Shown here: piece after piece, positions 59,468-64,000 of the stretch | How positions within the stretch are numbered: position 1 is the stretch's first letter | Layout of the letters: every line of letters begins with the position of its first letter | Source of the DNA: a bacterium | GTDB lineage: Bacteria > UBA8248 | Length of the DNA: 64,000 nt | NCBI GenBank assembly: GCA_965207065.1 | Contig: OZ242260.1 | Location: 2,752,001 to 2,816,000, forward strand | Direction of reading: 5' to 3' | Made by a program: the position numbers and the translations under genes | Notes under the pieces: generated by a model | The model's database searches: none | The model's input: the letters and a program-made list of their open reading frames with translations, nothing else | What the model was told of the DNA's origin: nothing

Positions 59468-60265
59468 ATGATTTCTCTGGAACGCCACGAATCCGGCAGC
59501 GTTGAATTTCTCAGCTCACCCTTGCTGGATGAACCCGGTTTCTTGCGTCATGGGTTCAGCACCCGGAGGGGAGGGGTGAGCGAAGGCCGGTTCCGTTCCT
59601 TGAACCTCGGCCGCGCCAGGGGTGAAGATCCCGAAAACGTAGCGGAGAACAGAAGGCGCTTTTTTGAAGCCGCCGATTTTCCGGCGCGACGCCTGGTGGA
59701 AGCGAAACAGGTGCACGGGTGCGACGTTCTCGTGGCGGAGCAAACATCTCCCGGTGAAAGAACGTGCGGAGACGCCCTGATCACGAACGCTTCGGGTTTG
59801 GGGCTGGCGGTCCAGACGGCGGATTGCATTCCCGTGCTCATCGCAGACGCGCGGAAGGTGGCCGTCGCAGCCGTGCATGCGGGACGCAAGGGAGTTGCCG
59901 GCGGCGTTTTGTCCGCGACCATCGAGCGGATGCGGGAGGAATACGGCTGCGATCCCAGGGATATGCGGGCCGCTTTGGGCCCCGCCATTTCCGGGGAACG
60001 CTACGAGGTGGGCGAGGAGTGCCTGCCGCCTTTTCGCGAACGGCACCCAAACTGGAGGGATTTCGCCACGCCCCTGGGGAGGGGCAAGTGGCTGCTGGAC
60101 CTCCCCCTGGCGGCGAGGCTTCAGTTGGCCTCTGCAGGGATTCCCGAAAGCCGGATTGGTGCGCCGGGGCCTTGCACGTTTTCTGAATCATCAAAGTTTT
60201 TCTCCTACCGCCGCGACGGGCCTCAGACGGGGCGACTGCTGTCGGCCGTCTGGATAGGAGGGTGA
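59468..60265 (+). CDS. pgeF: PgeF/YfiH (laccase-like purine nucleoside phosphorylase family)
   Basis: FSTR.GG.S, QVHG, TADC.P, HAG, GP.I, FFSYRR. Confidence 0.93.
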   Translation: MISLERHESGSVEFLSSPLLDEPGFLRHGFSTRRGGVSEGRFRSLNLGRARGEDPENVAENRRRFFEAADFPARRLVEAKQVHGCDVLVAEQTSPGERTCGDALITNASGLGLAVQTADCIPVLIADARKVAVAAVHAGRKGVAGGVLSATIERMREEYGCDPRDMRAALGPAISGERYEVGEECLPPFRERHPNWRDFATPLGRGKWLLDLPLAARLQLASAGIPESRIGAPGPCTFSESSKFFSYRRDGPQTGRLLSAVWIGG

Positions 60266-60978
60266 GGAATACGGTGAGTGAAGTTGGGCAGCGATACGAG
60301 ATGGTGAAGGAGCGTGTGGCGGATGCGGCACTCGCCTCTGGCCGGAACCCGGATGAAATTCGCCTTCTGGCCGTGAGCAAGACCCAGCCGCCCGAGCGCG
60401 TCGTCGAAGCGATCGATGCGGGCGTCGACATCATCGGGGAGAACCGGGTGCAGGAAGCCCAGCGCAAAAGGGGTGAAATCGACCCCGGGGTCGCGGGCAG
60501 GGCGAGGTGGCATCTCATCGGCGGCCTGCAAAGGAACAAGGCCCGCACCGTGCCCGGACTGTTCGACGTGGTGGAATCGGTAGATTCCCTCGCCCTGGCG
60601 CGCGAGTTGAACAAGCGCGTGGGTGTCGCGGGAGAAGACCCCCTGGACGTGTTCATACAGGTGAACACGGGGGCGGAAACCCAGAAGGGAGGGGTCGCCC
60701 CGGCGGATGCGATAGCGCTCGTGCGCGATGTTTCCGCGCTGGAAGCCTTGCGGGTGGTCGGCTTGATGTGTATTCCTCCCCTGGGGCGGGAGGCGGAGGA
60801 GAGCCGACCCCATTTCGAGTTGTTGAGAAAATTGAGGGATGAGGCCCGGGACGGAGGGTTTTCTCACGTCCGGGAGTTGTCGATGGGCATGTCGAACGAC
60901 TTCGAAGTCGCGATAGCCGAGGGAGCGACGCTCGTCCGCATCGGCACGGCCATTTTCGGGCCGAGAGGAGAGAACTGA
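60262..60978 (+). CDS. yggS: PLP homeostasis protein, YggS family
   Basis: AVSK, GENRVQE, WH.IG.LQ.NK, GLM.IP, LSMGMS.D, RIGT.IFG. Start GTG 60262 or 60274. Confidence 0.96.
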   Translation: MRNTVSEVGQRYEMVKERVADAALASGRNPDEIRLLAVSKTQPPERVVEAIDAGVDIIGENRVQEAQRKRGEIDPGVAGRARWHLIGGLQRNKARTVPGLFDVVESVDSLALARELNKRVGVAGEDPLDVFIQVNTGAETQKGGVAPADAIALVRDVSALEALRVVGLMCIPPLGREAEESRPHFELLRKLRDEARDGGFSHVRELSMGMSNDFEVAIAEGATLVRIGTAIFGPRGEN

Positions 60979-61071
60979 AGCGAATTTGAATCAGGCCAAT
61001 CATTTCAGTAGGATGGGCTGGTTCCGGCGTTCGGGGCGATTTCGAACCTATATGCGAAAGGTATTTGGAAT

Positions 61072-61878
61072 ATGTCGGAAATCCTTGTAGTCGGTGGCGG
61101 CAACATGGGCGAAGCGCTCGTCATGGGGATGGTGAATTCCGCCTATGCGAAAGTCGACGACATCGTCATCGCGGAGCCCCTGGCGGAGCGCGCCGAACAT
61201 CTCCGGCAAGCTTCGGGATTTGCCGTGGTGTCCGATGGGGCCGAAGCGGCTCCCGAGGCGGAAAAAGTGGTGATCGCAGTGAAGCCGCAGGTGCTCGACG
61301 CTGTTCTGGGTGGGCTGAGGGACGCTCTCGCGCACCGACCGCTCCTGATTTCAGTCGTCGCGGGCGCGTCCACGAGCCGGTTCACGGGAATTCTGGGCGA
61401 TGAGGCGCGCATCGTCCGCGTCATGCCGAACACGCCCGCCCTCGTGGGAGAAGGCGCCGCGGGGCTATGCGCCGGCGGAGGGGCGTCGGAAGCGGATTTA
61501 TCGCAAGCGAAGCAGCTTCTGGAGTCCGTCGGCAAGGCAGTGGTCTTGCCTGAATCGCTGATGGATGCCGTGACTGGCTTGTCGGGCAGCGGTCCCGCGT
61601 ATGTCTTCCAATTCATCGAGGCGCTGGCGGACGGCGGGGTGAGGGCGGGCCTGCCCCGTGAGGAGGCGATGCTGCTGGCGACCCAGACCGTTTTGGGCTC
61701 CGCGCGGATGCTTCTCGAAACGGGAGAGCATCCGGGCCGCCTGAAGGACATGGTGGCCTCGCCCGGGGGAACGACCATCGCCGGCTTGCATGCGCTCGAA
61801 AACGGGGGACTGCGCTCCGCCGTCATCAACGCCGTCAGCGCCGCCGCGCGCAGAAGCGAGGAACTGGGCCGTGGCTAG
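61072..61878 (+). CDS. proC: Pyrroline-5-carboxylate reductase
   Basis: G.GNMG, AVKPQ, RVMPNTP, SGSGPAY, V.SPGGTT. Confidence 0.97.
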   Translation: MSEILVVGGGNMGEALVMGMVNSAYAKVDDIVIAEPLAERAEHLRQASGFAVVSDGAEAAPEAEKVVIAVKPQVLDAVLGGLRDALAHRPLLISVVAGASTSRFTGILGDEARIVRVMPNTPALVGEGAAGLCAGGGASEADLSQAKQLLESVGKAVVLPESLMDAVTGLSGSGPAYVFQFIEALADGGVRAGLPREEAMLLATQTVLGSARMLLETGEHPGRLKDMVASPGGTTIAGLHALENGGLRSAVINAVSAAARRSEELGRG

Positions 61879-61905
61879 TCTGCTTTTCGATATGAGGGTT
61901 CGGTC

Positions 61906-62202
61906 GTGTTCTTGATATCGAATTTCATGAACGGAATCGGGGTGATTCTCAGCTATCTGCTGACCATCTACATCTGGATCATCATCATCCGCGCGCTTTT
62001 GTCGTGGGTGAACCCGGATCCCTATAATCCGATTGTTCAGATATTGTATCGCCTGACGGAGCCCGTGCTGGCTCCCGTGCGCTACCGGATGCCCGACATC
62101 GGGGGCATCGATGCGAGTCCGATCGTGGTTTTGTTGATCATATTCTTTTTGCAAAGTTTCCTGGTTCAAAGTATCTTTGACCTGGCAAACATGTTGCGTT
62201 GA
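61906..62202 (+). CDS. yggT: YggT family membrane protein
   Basis: II..LLSW.NPDP.NP....L..LTEP.L.P.R, GID.SP. Confidence 0.93.
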   Translation: MFLISNFMNGIGVILSYLLTIYIWIIIIRALLSWVNPDPYNPIVQILYRLTEPVLAPVRYRMPDIGGIDASPIVVLLIIFFLQSFLVQSIFDLANMLR

Positions 62203-62222
62203 TTATCACCTGGGGAGTGGAG

Positions 62223-62798
62223 ATGAAGTACACGGGCCATGACGTTCGAAGCCATCGTTTTTCGAGCAAGATGCGGGGCTACGATCGGCTCGAAGTCGAT
62301 GCGTACCTGTTCAAGGTGGCCGACTGGCTGGATCAGTCGGTGCGGAAAAACGAACAGCTCAGCCTGCAATGCAAGGACCTCTTCGATCAATACAATGGCT
62401 TGAGAGAAGAGCACGCCAATCTGCAGAAAATCCTCATCTCCGTAAACGAACTCAGGGATCAGGCCGCGGCCAAGTCCGGCGAAATGGTGGAAAAAGCGGA
62501 AACCGACGCCGAGGAACTCATCAATGAGGCCGAAGTCGAGGCGAATAAGATACTCGTGAAAGCCGAACAGGATACCGAAAAACTGCGTGAGGAGATCGCG
62601 AGGTTAACGGAACAGAGGGATAAGATTCTTGCGGATCTGTATGAGACGTTTCTCTCCCAGATTCGAACACTCGAGGTCGAAGGCGTCCGCATGGGGGTCG
62701 ACCTCGCCCGCCTCCATGAGGAAGGCGAAGAGGTTCCTGACGAGAAAAGTGAAAACGTCATCAAGCTGAACCAGAAAGCGGAGGGCGATGCGTCGTGA
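62223..62798 (+). CDS. DivIVA domain coiled-coil protein
   Basis: F....RGY...EVD.YL N-terminal DivIVA motif plus coiled coil. ATG 62223 with SD GGAG. Confidence 0.88.
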   Translation: MKYTGHDVRSHRFSSKMRGYDRLEVDAYLFKVADWLDQSVRKNEQLSLQCKDLFDQYNGLREEHANLQKILISVNELRDQAAAKSGEMVEKAETDAEELINEAEVEANKILVKAEQDTEKLREEIARLTEQRDKILADLYETFLSQIRTLEVEGVRMGVDLARLHEEGEEVPDEKSENVIKLNQKAEGDAS

Positions 62799-63088
62799 TC
62801 GGCCTCCGCGAGGAGGCGGACGGCGTCAGCTTTGAGGTTCGGGTCCAGCCGCGTTCATCCAAAATGGAAATCACCGGAGTCCAGGACGGCGCCCTGCGGG
62901 TGCGGCTGACGGCGCCGCCCGTGGAAGGCGCCGCAAACATACAGTGCATCGAGTTGCTCTCCCGTAAAATGAAGGTTCCAAAACGCTCCATACGAATCGC
63001 CTCGGGCGCGAGAGCGCGCAGAAAGCGCCTGAAGGTCCTGGGACTGGGCATCGAAGAGGTGAGGGATATCCTGAGCGCCATGGCGTAG
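62795..63088 (+). CDS. yggU: DUF167 / YggU family protein
   Basis: V.VQP.S, L...LTAPPVEG.AN, I.SG..AR.K. Confidence 0.9.
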   Translation: MIGLREEADGVSFEVRVQPRSSKMEITGVQDGALRVRLTAPPVEGAANIQCIELLSRKMKVPKRSIRIASGARARRKRLKVLGLGIEEVRDILSAMA

Positions 63089-63129
63089 AAGCCATGTGCC
63101 CGCGCAAAGCGATGAATGAGAGAATCCGG

Positions 63130-64000
63130 ATGGGCGGGAAAAAAGAGATTGAGGGAAATTTTCACACCATGGCGTTTCGGGACGGCGCTCTCGTTCTTCT
63201 CGATCAGCGGAAACTTCCCCGAGAAGAGGTGTATCTCGAATACCGCACGGAAGACGATGTGGCCGAGGCCATCAAGACCATGGTGGTGCGCGGCGCGCCC
63301 GCCATCGGGATAGCGGCGGCTTATGGCATGGCCCTGGCCGCCGCCCGCCACGCGGGTTCAGGCGGCGATGCGCAGCGCGAGGCGCTCGAGCGGGCGGCCC
63401 GGGTGCTGGGCGACACGCGCCCCACGGCGGTGAATCTCTTCTGGGCGATAGAAAAAATGATGGCGCACGTCGACCATAGCGACTCGGCGCCCGAAGGGCT
63501 GGCCGATGAACTCCTCCGCCTGGCGAGGGATATGCACGAGGAGGACGCCGCGATTTGCCGCCGGATAGGCGACCTGGGCGCTGAGTTGCTGCAGGAGGGG
63601 AGCAGCGTTCTCACCCATTGCAACGCCGGCGCGCTTGCGACCGCAGGCTACGGCACGGCGGGCGGCGTGATTCGCAGCGGCTTTCGGGACGGACGGGTGC
63701 GGGAGGTTTTCGTGGACGAGACCAGACCCTTCCTGCAGGGAGCGCGCCTCACCGCCTGGGAGTTGAGCCGCGACGGCATCCCCGTCGTGCTCATCACCGA
63801 CAACATGGCCGCGCATTGCATGAGCCTGGGAAGGATAGACGCGATTGTGGTAGGTGCGGACCGCGTGGCCGCGAACGGGGACGTCGCCAATAAAATCGGC
63901 ACGTATGGCCTCGCGGTGCTCGCGAGAGAACACGGGGTGCCCTTTTACGTGGCGGCGCCGACGAGCACCGTCGACATGGAGGCGAAAAGCGGCGCGGACA
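63130..64000 (+). CDS. mtnA: S-methyl-5-thioribose-1-phosphate isomerase, 3'-truncated by window edge
   Basis: Not in the ORF track because it has no stop. Manual translation gives LLDQRKLP, MVVRGAPAIG, RPTAVNL, LTHCNAG.LAT, DETRP.LQG.RLT.WEL, GADR..ANGD.ANKIGTY. Confidence 0.95.
   Translation, partial: MGGKKEIEGNFHTMAFRDGALVLLDQRKLPREEVYLEYRTEDDVAEAIKTMVVRGAPAIGIAAAYGMALAAARHAGSGGDAQREALERAARVLGDTRPTAVNLFWAIEKMMAHVDHSDSAPEGLADELLRLARDMHEEDAAICRRIGDLGAELLQEGSSVLTHCNAGALATAGYGTAGGVIRSGFRDGRVREVFVDETRPFLQGARLTAWELSRDGIPVVLITDNMAAHCMSLGRIDAIVVGADRVAANGDVANKIGTYGLAVLAREHGVPFYVAAPTSTVDMEAKSGAD

Overview
This is a GC-rich bacterial core-genome segment in which every credible gene lies on the + strand. 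In order it holds: the end of a thiolase, 3-hydroxyacyl-CoA dehydrogenase, acyl-CoA dehydrogenase, gcvT-gcvH-gcvP and a lipoate ligase; tRNA-Gly(CCC), a PHP phosphoesterase, an HTH-WYL regulator, two DUF507-like paralogues and coaE; rho, rpmE (with a long C-terminal extension), prfA, prmC, murA and hisG-D-B-H-A-F-IE; mutS2-dnaG-rpoD, tRNA(CAT), a Zn-ribbon protein, RNase HI and RNase P RNA; ilvA, purH, folC, folP, a TauE-type exporter, panE, panB and a degenerate cobS-like gene; the dcw cluster (mraZ to ftsZ, without ddl); and pgeF-yggS-proC-yggT-divIVA-yggU and the start of mtnA. The gene order resembles Desulfobacterota/Nitrospinota-like diderms (inference only). I recognised no transposase, integrase, CRISPR array or prophage. 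The most unusual structure is non-coding. Four successive intergenic gaps of the his region (19.65-24.3 kb) hold MITE-like elements sharing a ~16-bp terminal repeat (consensus GGRGYTGTTGAAAAAG, 8 copies). Three of them carry a different palindromic REP-type doublet (CGTC-type, CTCCCCC/GGGGGAG-type, GTAG-type), and there is evidence of nesting. Other leads are a WYL regulator that has lost its canonical arginine motif, a 198-aa L31, a CobS homologue missing its conserved motifs, an inverted second MraZ operator and several candidate cis-regulatory elements. All calls come from reading the sequence by eye; no database searches were run.
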